A stretch of 41,379 nt of DNA from a virus. Lineage: Duplodnaviria > Caudoviricetes. The DNA lies in the IMG/VR virus record IMGVR_UViG_3300043432_000071, positions 1 to 41,379 of that record; one strand, 5' to 3'. The notes beneath the pieces are model-generated. The model did no database searches, was not told the DNA's origin, and worked only from the letters and a program-made list of their open reading frames with translations. The position numbers were made by a program, and so were the translations under genes. This document shows, one piece after another, positions 27,420 through 35,766 of the stretch; within the stretch, counting starts at the first letter, position 1; every line of letters begins with the position of its first letter.

Positions 27420-28259
27420 CTATATCGTGGTTTCGCCGGGATGGGCCTTAGCCATCAGACCGGCAACGTAATCCTTAGTTGCCTGATCGCCTTTCCAGAA
27501 AAGATCATGCTTATCGTTTTTCGGGTTTCGGATAATGTCGTTGGCTTCTTGGGCAGCGTCCAGGTTGCCTGCGCCGGCGTTATCTCCTGCTCCCATAAAT
27601 CCGTTATCTCCTTCTCCATTCTTGCCTATCCAGTGAAAGATTTTCAAGAGCGCCGGATGATTGCCTAAGCCGGTCTTGTCCATCCAGGCTTTCGCCTCCG
27701 GTATCTGTTCGTAGAGCTTTGCCGCAGCTCGGCCCGCATACTCGGCGTTGTTGTCATAGTCCACGCCCCATTCTTTGCGCAAAGTGGCGTCGGCCATCGT
27801 GGCGTCGGCAATCATGCCGCCGGCCATTTCGCCCATAAGCTCAGTATGAAAGGCCAACGCCGCTTTGGCTTGGTCTGAGGTAAATCCGTTTTTGTGAAAA
27901 AACTCGCGGGCTTTTGCCGAATACTCGTCTTTCCACGTTACGCCATGAGGCAATGTCTCCGGCGCTTTGACTTCATACTTGTCGGCGGAATCGGGCGGGG
28001 CGGTGAATAATCCGGCCTGATAAAGTTTCTGTTTGAGCGCAACGATTTCTTCCGGTTTAGCATCCTTGCCCGGAAGATTGATCGCGTTGCCCAAGCGCCG
28101 CGACAAATGAACATGACTTTTGATAAGCGAAGTCACGTCCTTCTCTGGAATCCTATCCAGGTGCGGGGCAATTTCAGTGTCAGCCTTCAACGACTCCGCG
28201 AAAGGATGCCAGTCAACGCCCTTAGCGCCATTACCTAAATCAATTTCCTGAACTTCCAT
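27420..28259 (-). CDS. Capsid scaffolding/assembly protein
   Basis: LIKSHVHL, P.S.DKY, LRKEWG.DYD, GLGNHP.L.K motifs; between portal and capsid. Confidence 0.85.
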   Translation of the reverse strand: MEVQEIDLGNGAKGVDWHPFAESLKADTEIAPHLDRIPEKDVTSLIKSHVHLSRRLGNAINLPGKDAKPEEIVALKQKLYQAGLFTAPPDSADKYEVKAPETLPHGVTWKDEYSAKAREFFHKNGFTSDQAKAALAFHTELMGEMAGGMIADATMADATLRKEWGVDYDNNAEYAGRAAAKLYEQIPEAKAWMDKTGLGNHPALLKIFHWIGKNGEGDNGFMGAGDNAGAGNLDAAQEANDIIRNPKNDKHDLFWKGDQATKDYVAGLMAKAHPGETTI

Positions 28260-28513
28260 TATTTAGCCTCCGGGTTTTCTACTCTGTCAAACCTCTCGAT
28301 AATCTGCTGTATCACTTCCCGCGCTCCATTGTGCGCTGCCAACTTCAAGGCATCCGTAGTGGCTACCGTACTCATATAGTAATCCGCGAATAGCCATTCC
28401 AAAACCGTTCTGCCGAGCGGTGTCGAGAACGTGACGTGAACGGCGTAGTCCAAGTCTTTGCTTTCGATTTCCGGTCGTCTTAGCCATCGCTGAAAGTAGG
28501 GTATCCATTTCAT
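28259..28513 (-). CDS. Bbp19-like small protein
   Basis: TFSTPLGRTVLEWL...NGAREVIQQI motif after portal. Confidence 0.75.
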   Translation of the reverse strand: MKWIPYFQRWLRRPEIESKDLDYAVHVTFSTPLGRTVLEWLFADYYMSTVATTDALKLAAHNGAREVIQQIIERFDRVENPEAK

Positions 28514-30207
28514 GCGTTGCCCGCCACTCCTACGTTTTGCAAACTCGTAATAAGCGGAGCGACGTTGCGCGCGGCCTCACTGCCCGCCTGGATCTGTGCC
28601 ATCTGATTTACTTCCTGGCGGGCCTGGGTGCGGGCTTGGCGTTTTTCATCGCGTACTTGCTCACTGACAATAACGCTTTCGGGTAGTCCGTAGGTCTTGG
28701 CGATAAACCGCATCGCTTTGTCTTGGTCGAAGTTGTCTTTTAGGTCGGTGATCGCCTGGGGATCGTTCTGGCCTAACACGGGGATCGCGGAGAAAGTCTT
28801 TAATACGCCGTCAACCTCTTGGGCCTTTTGAGCCAGGGCGAGTGGAGAGGTAAATTCGATTTGGATTTCCTTGACCTCATCGAACAACTCCGGCGGTGGT
28901 GGCGGCAAGGCGCTGGCATCCCACATGAGCGTAAAAACGCCATCCCAAAGCGGAGCCAAAAAGTCGGACTCGTAGCGCCCGTAAACCGCGCCAAGTATGC
29001 GGTACATGAGTTCCAGCTTACGGGCAAACTCGAAAGCGGTCATTTCGGATTTTTCTACTTTAAGCAAAGCCCGGAGAATATCGACAAAGAAAAGCTCGTT
29101 GATGGATTGGCGTAACTGTTCTTCCTTGACGTTAGCCATTTGGTAGTTAGGACTGGTTTCAAGGGCCTGTAGAACGTCCTTGACGCTGCGTTGCGAGCCG
29201 GTCTTGACGATGCTGCGGCCTGCCGGGCGTAACTCAATATCGCCTAGCACGGAATCACTGGCCTGGATGAGTGGCTTTCTAACGTCGATTGCCAAGGCTT
29301 CCAGGTCTAGTTTTTTCGCTTCATTCAAGCTGCGGGTATCGGGGAATGCTCTATCGCCTGGGCCGCGACCGGGAATCTCGCCCGGCGTAACTTCCCATCG
29401 GGGATTAGCAAAGGGATAGAACTTATACCCGCTTTCCCTGACAAGTTCCTTTGATTCTTTTTCTACCCAACATGAAGCGTAGGGATAGGATAAAGTGCCC
29501 CGGCCTTTATATTCGGACTTGGGTCGTGGATAGGCGGCATGAATAAAAGTAAATTTCTTTTCCTGGTCGGCCCCCGCGCGAAAATAACTTTTCACGTCGG
29601 CCGGCAACGCGGCATCGCCGAATTTAGCGCGTGCCGCCCTAACCGACATTTCCTGTTCGCGGTATTCCTTATCAATCTTCCCCTCGGCGTCGGTAGCGTT
29701 AAAGAAACGCCCGGTCTTGGTAGCCTGGAATCTAAGACCGCGAAAACCCCCGCGCCGGCTCTCATACTCGCTGGCGTATTCCTTGCGTTCGTCGAAGTGC
29801 AAACTTCCGGTGCCGAATCCGGTATAGTCCTTGGTCATGTCGGGAGCTTCGGCGTAGAAGTTGGACGCTCCGATTGCCTTTAGCATCTTCTCGGTTACTT
29901 CATCGCACCAATCGTCAATGTCGTCGCGTTCGCCAATGCTAAATCGCTTAGCCGTGATTCTGCCCCACCGTTGGCCGGGGCTAAAGGTCGAACTGGAAAT
30001 AAACTTGGACAACAAATCGTTAGCGCCCATCGTGGTCGAGTCATAGACATCGCGCAATTGATTCTGCCCCGGCGTAGTGCCACCCAGGATGCCTATTCGG
30101 GATGGGTCGATAAACGGCGCTTGCAAATCCCAACGGGTAAGGAAATTGGCGTAATGGTCACGCACATTGCCATAATCGCGCATTATCGCTTTGCCATCGG
30201 CCATCAT
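28510..30207 (-). CDS. Portal (head-to-tail connector)
   Basis: YDST, SNFY, FGTG, PRW...GE..GRGPG..A.PD..LN, MTA.E, IEFTSPLALAQK. Confidence 0.95.
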   Translation of the reverse strand: MMADGKAIMRDYGNVRDHYANFLTRWDLQAPFIDPSRIGILGGTTPGQNQLRDVYDSTTMGANDLLSKFISSSTFSPGQRWGRITAKRFSIGERDDIDDWCDEVTEKMLKAIGASNFYAEAPDMTKDYTGFGTGSLHFDERKEYASEYESRRGGFRGLRFQATKTGRFFNATDAEGKIDKEYREQEMSVRAARAKFGDAALPADVKSYFRAGADQEKKFTFIHAAYPRPKSEYKGRGTLSYPYASCWVEKESKELVRESGYKFYPFANPRWEVTPGEIPGRGPGDRAFPDTRSLNEAKKLDLEALAIDVRKPLIQASDSVLGDIELRPAGRSIVKTGSQRSVKDVLQALETSPNYQMANVKEEQLRQSINELFFVDILRALLKVEKSEMTAFEFARKLELMYRILGAVYGRYESDFLAPLWDGVFTLMWDASALPPPPPELFDEVKEIQIEFTSPLALAQKAQEVDGVLKTFSAIPVLGQNDPQAITDLKDNFDQDKAMRFIAKTYGLPESVIVSEQVRDEKRQARTQARQEVNQMAQIQAGSEAARNVAPLITSLQNVGVAGNA

Positions 30208-30392
30208 TCACCAAAGGTCGTCTTGCCGCCGTAGTTAGCCGCCATGTCGGAAAGGGTCGAGCTTAACCTAGTTGACGCCGCCCCACGCCCGGAACGCAGC
30301 CGCGCCGCCTCGGCTGCACGGGCTTCCTGCTCCTGCTTACTAGGCATGATTTTAGTCGAGGGCGGTTTAGGGGATGAAAATAAACTTGGCAT
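30204..30392 (-). CDS. Small virion protein preceding portal
   Basis: LFSSPKPP...RGAAST...KTTFG pattern typical at this locus. Confidence 0.75.
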   Translation of the reverse strand: MPSLFSSPKPPSTKIMPSKQEQEARAAEAARLRSGRGAASTRLSSTLSDMAANYGGKTTFGE

Positions 30393-31811
30393 TTACCACT
30401 CCGATAACACGCGGCTGTTCTGATTGCGATAGTTGCGTTCAAAAACGTTGAAGTCGGCCAGGACTTTACTGGGCCTAAGAGTGTCAAAATTGTCGATCTC
30501 ATCAATCGTGGTAGCTAGGGCTTGAAACGCCGCCGCCCCGTGACTCGCCCAATCGTGCAACGGTCTATCCTCAAACTTCCGTATGTCCTCCCGGTATACT
30601 TTTTGGTAGTTTCTAAGCGCCTTAACCCCACGTTCGCATCTAGGAACATTGAACCAACAGCGCGGCAATAATGCCCGCACGGCGTGAATGGCCTCTCCCT
30701 GCATCTCACCTAACCTTAGCCGGGGAGCTACCACGATATTTTTAAGGCCCAGGGTTTCAAGGAAGGTCTTGCGGGTCTGGCCTAGAGCCAAGTCGTGAAC
30801 CTCAACGTCATGCGGCATGACATGATAACCGTAAGAGTACGGCAATTCCTGCAACGTCTTTGACCAGCCGAGCAAACTCTTGTTATTTTCCTCCATGTAG
30901 TCGATAACGCGAATGCCGTCACGATCCTTTTGATAAAACCAAATGGCCGTTGAATCGTCCCAACCCAAGTCCCACGCGGTGTGAACCGGGAGGCGCGGTT
31001 CGTAGGCAAACTCCTTCATCCGTCCCTGGGTTTCGAGATCAACGACATACTTCAAATAATAAGCGCCCTGCAAAGCGCCACGGAACGAACAGTAGTATTC
31101 CTGCGCTATCATGTCATCGGACATGCCTTCGCGCCGTTCCGCCTCGATGTCCTCCGGGGTAAGCACGGGCTTACCGTTTTCCCCAGGACTATCCCGCAAT
31201 GTCGTGTCAACCGTTTGCAGAGAGGCAAACCATTCCTTATCCTTCTTTGCCATTTCAAACAATTCATACCCGTGGTTCTCGCCCCTTGGCGTGTAACAGA
31301 AAATCGCCCACCCGCCGTTTTCTCTCAAGATAGGCCGGAGCAAAGTCCAGGCTCTAGGGTCTTGGATCGAATACTCGGAGAATACGCAGCCAACGGGGTT
31401 GGGGCCGACGAGGTTATCAAGATTGCGGTCGGTACCTACCACCTGCCAGATACTACCGTTAGCAAGTTTAATCTGCATTTCATCATTAACCTTGGCCGCT
31501 ATCTGGCTCTCAGGGAAATGAGACAAGAACGGCTTGCCATCAGAACCAATGCCGTCCCATATCGCTTTTTTGCCCTGGGCGTAGGTGGGAAAAAGATGAT
31601 AGTAAACGCCGATACGCTTAAACATTTCCTTGACGGTTATGTTCAAAGCCAACTTATCCTTGCCGCTGCGCCGATGCCAGACCCAGGCATGACGCTTCAG
31701 GCCGTAATCAAACGCCCCCCATGCCTCCATCTGATAAGAACGGGGAGAAAAATTATAGGGAATGGAAATCCGCTGTTCCTGACGACGCCTGGGCGTTGGG
31801 TAACGAGCCAT
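30393..31811 (-). CDS. terL: Terminase large subunit
   Basis: PRSYQ adenine-binding motif, WHRRSGKD Walker A, VFSE Walker B, YTPRG, QEYYCSF, AWDLGWDDST nuclease motif, HDWASH. Confidence 0.97.
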   Translation of the reverse strand: MARYPTPRRRQEQRISIPYNFSPRSYQMEAWGAFDYGLKRHAWVWHRRSGKDKLALNITVKEMFKRIGVYYHLFPTYAQGKKAIWDGIGSDGKPFLSHFPESQIAAKVNDEMQIKLANGSIWQVVGTDRNLDNLVGPNPVGCVFSEYSIQDPRAWTLLRPILRENGGWAIFCYTPRGENHGYELFEMAKKDKEWFASLQTVDTTLRDSPGENGKPVLTPEDIEAERREGMSDDMIAQEYYCSFRGALQGAYYLKYVVDLETQGRMKEFAYEPRLPVHTAWDLGWDDSTAIWFYQKDRDGIRVIDYMEENNKSLLGWSKTLQELPYSYGYHVMPHDVEVHDLALGQTRKTFLETLGLKNIVVAPRLRLGEMQGEAIHAVRALLPRCWFNVPRCERGVKALRNYQKVYREDIRKFEDRPLHDWASHGAAAFQALATTIDEIDNFDTLRPSKVLADFNVFERNYRNQNSRVLSEW

Positions 31812-31857
31812 AGGCTTGTTTTATTTTAGCGCATCTAGGATGATGCTTTGCCGCCCA

Positions 31858-31998
31858 TTATAAACAGTTGTTTTGAGATTGCTTGTTCTTCACCGCCGTA
31901 AGTTTGTCCTGAATCTGATTCATCTTTTTTGCCGCCTTATCTAAGTCCCTCTCCAACTTTTTGCGCTGTGCGGCAAGTTTCTTACACAGCTTAGTCAT
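31858..31998 (-). CDS. 46-aa basic coiled-coil microprotein
   Basis: MTKLCKKLAAQRKKLERDLDKAAKKMNQIQDKLTAVKNKQSQNNCL; SD GAGGTG. Confidence 0.65.
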   Translation of the reverse strand: MTKLCKKLAAQRKKLERDLDKAAKKMNQIQDKLTAVKNKQSQNNCL

Positions 31999-32035
31999 AA
32001 ATCACCTCAAATTACTAACACCGTTCTACAATCCC

Positions 32036-32105
32036 CATATACCCGTTTATCGGATCTGTCAAATAAAATTTGACTTGGCGGGTAAGGGAAGATAAAAACA
32101 GTCCT
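32036..32105. promoter_or_regulatory. Back-to-back divergent sigma70-like promoters
   Basis: Plus strand TTGACT (32070-75), 17 nt, TAAAAA (32093-98); minus strand TTGACA (32057-62) facing terL, with a weak -10. Confidence 0.55.
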
Positions 32106-32321
32106 ATGAAAATCTCCCCACCTCGTAAAAACCAAGGCAAGCCCAAAGGCGGTTGGCGTCCCAAAATGCGCTTGCATATACGCGACAGGGCCAACAACTT
32201 CCGCTACGGCATCGTTCCTAAGCCCTACCAGCCTATGCCCTATGCCCCGGTCAGGACTTGGGCGGATATGACGCCTGCGGAGCAGGATGAGATAAGAAGG
32301 CGGTTAGGGGTGAAACTATGA
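32106..32321 (+). CDS. Basic hypothetical protein
   Basis: MKISPPRK...RTWADMTPAEQDEIRRRLG; ATGA-coupled to next gene. Confidence 0.65.
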   Translation: MKISPPRKNQGKPKGGWRPKMRLHIRDRANNFRYGIVPKPYQPMPYAPVRTWADMTPAEQDEIRRRLGVKL

Positions 32322-32512
32322 AAACTAAACTACTGCTGTTGGCCTTGGCCTTGTCGTCTTGCGGCCTGCCCCCAGGTAGCCTGGACAACGCCTTGAGGCA
32401 ATGCGGGCCGGATTGCTTTAGCCGGCCTACCTCCTTCGATAGGCAAGTCCAAGAGAACGATCGACGCTATATCCTGAATGAACTAGACAAGGCTAGGTTG
32501 AAAGGCCGTTAG
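32318..32512 (+). CDS. Small lipoprotein (possible superinfection exclusion)
   Basis: MKTKLLLLALALSSC lipobox. Confidence 0.7.
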   Translation: MKTKLLLLALALSSCGLPPGSLDNALRQCGPDCFSRPTSFDRQVQENDRRYILNELDKARLKGR

Positions 32513-32722
32513 ACCTAACTTTTTTAGGTTTAAGGCGGTTGGGACAAAATGAAATGGAACAAGTGCCGAGAGGCGAACTTTACTTTTTTAGGTTTTGAGG
32601 CTTTTTGGGCTTAGCGGGTGAGGGAGGGGACCTATCGACCAAATCAGGCCGAACCAAAAGCCCCCCACCCCCCATCGAAAATCGTCCTACCCAAGTCTAG
32701 GCTCGATCCCTCGAAATATGGA

Positions 32723-32751
32723 ACGTCTGATAATGTTCCATTATGTCAACT
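32723..32751 (+). other. dif-like XerC/XerD recombination site
   Basis: ACGTCTGATAA-TGTTCCA-TTATGTCAACT vs E. coli dif GGTGCGCATAA-TGTATA-TTATGTTAAAT; intergenic. Confidence 0.75.
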
Positions 32752-32753
32752 CG

Positions 32754-33311
32754 CTACCCTTGATTTGATTGAGAAATCGTTTTCCTAACGATCGTTCTAG
32801 TCTTGGCCTTATTTTCTGAAGCTATTTCCACGGTAGGATTAACTAATTTAGGCTCTTTCCGGGCCTCTAGCATGCGCTGATAGTGCCGCTTGAAGTCAAC
32901 GACTTCGATCTTAACCGTAATGTTGCCGCTCACGTTGACGTTATCAGACCGGCCCCACCGATCCCTGAAGCGTCGCTCAAGCAAAGTAGCGTGGGGGACG
33001 AACGAATTGCCACCCTTTAGCATGGCCTGGATAGCCTTAAACTCCCCTTCAGCTTCAGCTTTTTCCAGCTTCCCCCAAAACGTATAATACGGCTCCCTCT
33101 CCCTATCCGCCAATTCCTTCCATCTGTAATACTGTTTTGGCCTAACCCCAACTAGCGTAAAGCTCCGCTCGATATACATGCCGATACTTATAGCGTTAAT
33201 CAGCTTGTCTTGTAGTTCGGGGTCAAGGTCAAATAGCGGAGGTCTGCCAGTCCTGCGCTTCGCCGGTCCTGCGCTTGCCCTTGCTATTGCTACATCTGCC
33301 GCTTCACTCAC
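32754..33311 (-). CDS. terS: Terminase small subunit-like HTH protein
   Basis: GRPPLF...LINAISIG...VGV...YYRW...KAEAEGE...LLERRFRDRWG; upstream of terL; probable GTG start 33311. Confidence 0.75.
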   Translation of the reverse strand: MSEAADVAIARASAGPAKRRTGRPPLFDLDPELQDKLINAISIGMYIERSFTLVGVRPKQYYRWKELADREREPYYTFWGKLEKAEAEGEFKAIQAMLKGGNSFVPHATLLERRFRDRWGRSDNVNVSGNITVKIEVVDFKRHYQRMLEARKEPKLVNPTVEIASENKAKTRTIVRKTISQSNQG

Positions 33312-33449
33312 AAGACCCTTATAAGCCCGTCCTAAGCTCAAAGCAAGCCCTAACCTCAAATCCTAACCCAAAGCCCAGGCCAAAGCCCCAAGACGGGCCC
33401 ACGGCCCTCCTAGGCCCAACGCATAGGCTTTATGCTTTCGGTCTGTCTC

Positions 33450-33908
33450 TCATCTCTTTCTCTGCTCTTGGGACTTTGTTTCTTTTCTTTTTTTCAAGGC
33501 CATCGACCTCATCCGTGCACAGACATCTGCTGCTCCTACTCTCGCGGAAATAGCTGCTAAGAGAAATTGATTTAGGCTTGTGGAATCTCGTTCAGCCATT
33601 CTCGCCGCTTGCCGGTGAATACTGCGAGGTAAACGCAAAGCAATCTTACCTCCATATCTCTGATTTTCTGCTGGCTCTGGAATGTCTTGATCTTGTTCTA
33701 ATGCCGCCTCTATCCATGATGTTGCCGCTCTCTCTAGATTTTCAAAGATTTCATCTGGCGAATCTCCTTCTGCGAAGCAACCGGGAAATTCTAGAATTTC
33801 GCCCGTGAAACCTCCTTCTTCCGCAGGCAAGATAATACGCGTATAAAGCCTTACGATCTCAGCGGCCAATAGGTTGGGGTCTTTGGGACGTTTGCGTGAG
33901 CGGGTCAT
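33450..33908 (-). CDS. hicB: HicB-family antitoxin with RHH domain and foreign N-terminus
   Basis: EEGGFTGEILEFPGCFAEGDSPDE...W...IPEP, then YGGKIALRLPRSIHR...SLNQF. Confidence 0.9.
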   Translation of the reverse strand: MTRSRKRPKDPNLLAAEIVRLYTRIILPAEEGGFTGEILEFPGCFAEGDSPDEIFENLERAATSWIEAALEQDQDIPEPAENQRYGGKIALRLPRSIHRQAARMAERDSTSLNQFLLAAISARVGAADVCARMRSMALKKRKETKSQEQRKR

Positions 33909-33947
33909 GCATCGACAATATCAGAATCGCCATGCATGTCTAGTCTA

Positions 33948-33969
33948 AAATTCAAAATGCGTCACTACC
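33948..33969 (-). mobile_element. Probable single IS1-family terminal inverted repeat remnant
   Basis: Minus strand GGTAGTGACGCATTTTGAATTT followed by a KRPKDPNLLA-type ORF start; recalled similarity; no transposase present. Confidence 0.45.
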
Positions 33970-33978
33970 ACCTCAATC

Positions 33979-34081
33979 TACGACTTCGGGCAGTTTTGCC
34001 AGTAGGTGAGAAGTCGTATTTTCCTACGACTTTAGTCGTATTTATCACTAAAATCGCATGGTTGGCATAGTTTTCTCACCT
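33979..34081. promoter_or_regulatory. Inverted-repeat array in the divergent control region
   Basis: TACGACTTC (33979) / GAAGTCGTA (34010); TACGAC-TTTA-GTCGTA (34025-40); AGGTGAGAA (34004) / TTCTCACCT (34073). Confidence 0.6.
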
Positions 34082-34203
34082 TAAGTAGGTTAGAGGGGCA
34101 AAAAATTTTAGAAGGGAGGCATAGAAAAATGAAAACTATCGTGCTGGATCATTCGGTTTACTGACCGTCTGGAACGAATCACGAACGAAGGGAAATAATC
34201 TCC

Positions 34204-34386
34204 ATGCCAACCAAAACCATAAACGGTACGACCTATCGCCTCCAGATTGACCGGGACGCTGGTCAATACTGGATTGTGTGGCGCACCTCTGGCAGGACAT
34301 GGGACGGGTTTGCGCGATACGGCAACGAGTATGAGGCGGCAGCGGTATGGGCCGCGTTGGGGGAGCAGGAGCAGGCGGAGAAATAG
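34204..34386 (+). CDS. Hypothetical early protein
   Basis: 60-aa ORF with purine-rich SD. Confidence 0.65.
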   Translation: MPTKTINGTTYRLQIDRDAGQYWIVWRTSGRTWDGFARYGNEYEAAAVWAALGEQEQAEK

Positions 34387-34422
34387 GCGTGCGCAACACC
34401 CCGGCAAGGGGAGGGAGAATTT

Positions 34423-34815
34423 ATGAACTTCATCGAATCAATTTCCCGCAAGGGTATCAAAAGTACGTCAGGCGACGCTGCGCGGGCGCGATTAACGAAT
34501 CCGCGTCCGGGCGACATCGTGGAATTTGACGACGGCAAACGTGGGCGCGTTGACTCGGTTGGTCCATGCTCATACTGGGAGGACAAAGACAAGGCGTTGA
34601 TCTGCATGGAGATGGGCAGCGCGTTTATGGACGAGAATGGCACGCTACAAATCAGCGGCGGACCATTTAAGACGGTGAAAATCACTGACCTTGAACCTAC
34701 CTTTAGAGTTGGCCCGTCACGATTTTGGAACTGGGGCGACAATCAGCCCCGCGCCCACATGAGCGTTGAGTTTGTCCTTGATCGTCCAATTTTTAAACTG
34801 GCAAGCTCAGACTAA
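34423..34815 (+). CDS. Hypothetical protein (DUF4121-like)
   Basis: SD GGGAG; PRPGD.VEF...ISGGPF...FWNWG motif. Confidence 0.75.
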   Translation: MNFIESISRKGIKSTSGDAARARLTNPRPGDIVEFDDGKRGRVDSVGPCSYWEDKDKALICMEMGSAFMDENGTLQISGGPFKTVKITDLEPTFRVGPSRFWNWGDNQPRAHMSVEFVLDRPIFKLASSD

Positions 34816-34883
34816 CTCCCCCTGCAATCTCCCGGTAGAGGGAGCGCGTCCCGTAACCTTGCCGTACCGGGACCACGGCTCAG

Positions 34884-34914
34884 GGCGAACGCTGGGCCAC
34901 TAACTAAACTGGAA
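34884..34914 (+). repeat. 31-bp direct repeat, copy 1 (start-associated)
   Basis: ggcgaacgctgggccactaactaaactggaa, followed by SD-acgaacATG. Confidence 0.95.
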
Positions 34915-34924
34915 GGGGACGAAC

Positions 34925-35512
34925 ATGGATCGGCTAGAATCAATCCTTGAACAACTAGAACTGACCGACTTCGGCAATATGCCCTACAGAGAGAGCGATA
35001 GCGAACGCATATCAATGTACCGCGAGCAAGAGGCCGTATTAGAAAAGATCGAATGGGCCGCGCGCGCTCTGCGTTTTAAGATCATAACCGAGCGCAAGAG
35101 CTATGACGCTCTTAAGCTGCCAAAGCCAAAGAAGGAACGTCCACCATTGCCCCCCAAAGTCCAAGAGTTTTTTCGACGCCTTAAAAGTGGCACTGACTGG
35201 GGACCGATTGAATTCAAGATGCGCTGGCAATCAGATGATGGACGTTTCCTAATTTGGACTAGGCCGGGTCATCTATTTTGGAATGGCATTGGCAGTCCTG
35301 GGAAATATGCTCAGACATGCCATGCCGTATCGGATCTTTCTAAAATGGGACCTGAACCTAAATTTGAGTCGGGGCTGTCTTTGGCGAACAAATGTCAAGT
35401 GCGTGAAGACGAAGGGAGATTAACAAAAGTGCAGCTCGCTGACATGATTGCCAGCGCTAACAGAGCGGCGAACGCTGGGCCACTAACTAAACTGGAAAAG
35501 GAACGAACATGA
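34925..35512 (+). CDS. Hypothetical early protein flanked by direct repeats
   Basis: 195-aa ORF with good SD. Confidence 0.8.
   Translation: MDRLESILEQLELTDFGNMPYRESDSERISMYREQEAVLEKIEWAARALRFKIITERKSYDALKLPKPKKERPPLPPKVQEFFRRLKSGTDWGPIEFKMRWQSDDGRFLIWTRPGHLFWNGIGSPGKYAQTCHAVSDLSKMGPEPKFESGLSLANKCQVREDEGRLTKVQLADMIASANRAANAGPLTKLEKERT
35467..35497 (+). repeat. 31-bp direct repeat, copy 2
   Basis: Identical to 34884-34914. Confidence 0.95.
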
Positions 35513-35766
35513 AAACCGAACACACGCCGATAGATCATACTTATCCTTGCATCGATTGTGCGACTAACTACGCCGCCCTCACCGAGCGGGTGCGGGTGCT
35601 GGAAGAAGCGCTGGCGAAAACAATTCCCTATTTAGAGCGCAACCGCATGAAACCGACAAAGTACAGCCAGCCCTATTATTGTTTTGACTGGATTATTGAG
35701 TCTGCTGCCGATAATTGTCATTGCGATTTGTGCGTAGCCCGCGCCGCGCTGAAGGAAAAGGACTAG
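35509..35766 (+). CDS. Cys-rich hypothetical protein
   Basis: MKTEHTP...RVLEEAL...CHCDLCVARAAL, common phage early-protein pattern. Confidence 0.7.
   Translation: MKTEHTPIDHTYPCIDCATNYAALTERVRVLEEALAKTIPYLERNRMKPTKYSQPYYCFDWIIESAADNCHCDLCVARAALKEKD

Noticed and set aside
30981-31829. 282-aa plus-strand ORF and similar long antisense ORFs (e.g. 9996-10604, 26308-26841, 7521-7994)
   Set aside because: Antisense shadows of well-supported minus-strand genes, with no recognisable motifs.
34063-34078. Definite sigma54 promoter
   Set aside because: The -24 TGGCA is present but the invariant -12 GC is TC, so it is kept only as a remark.
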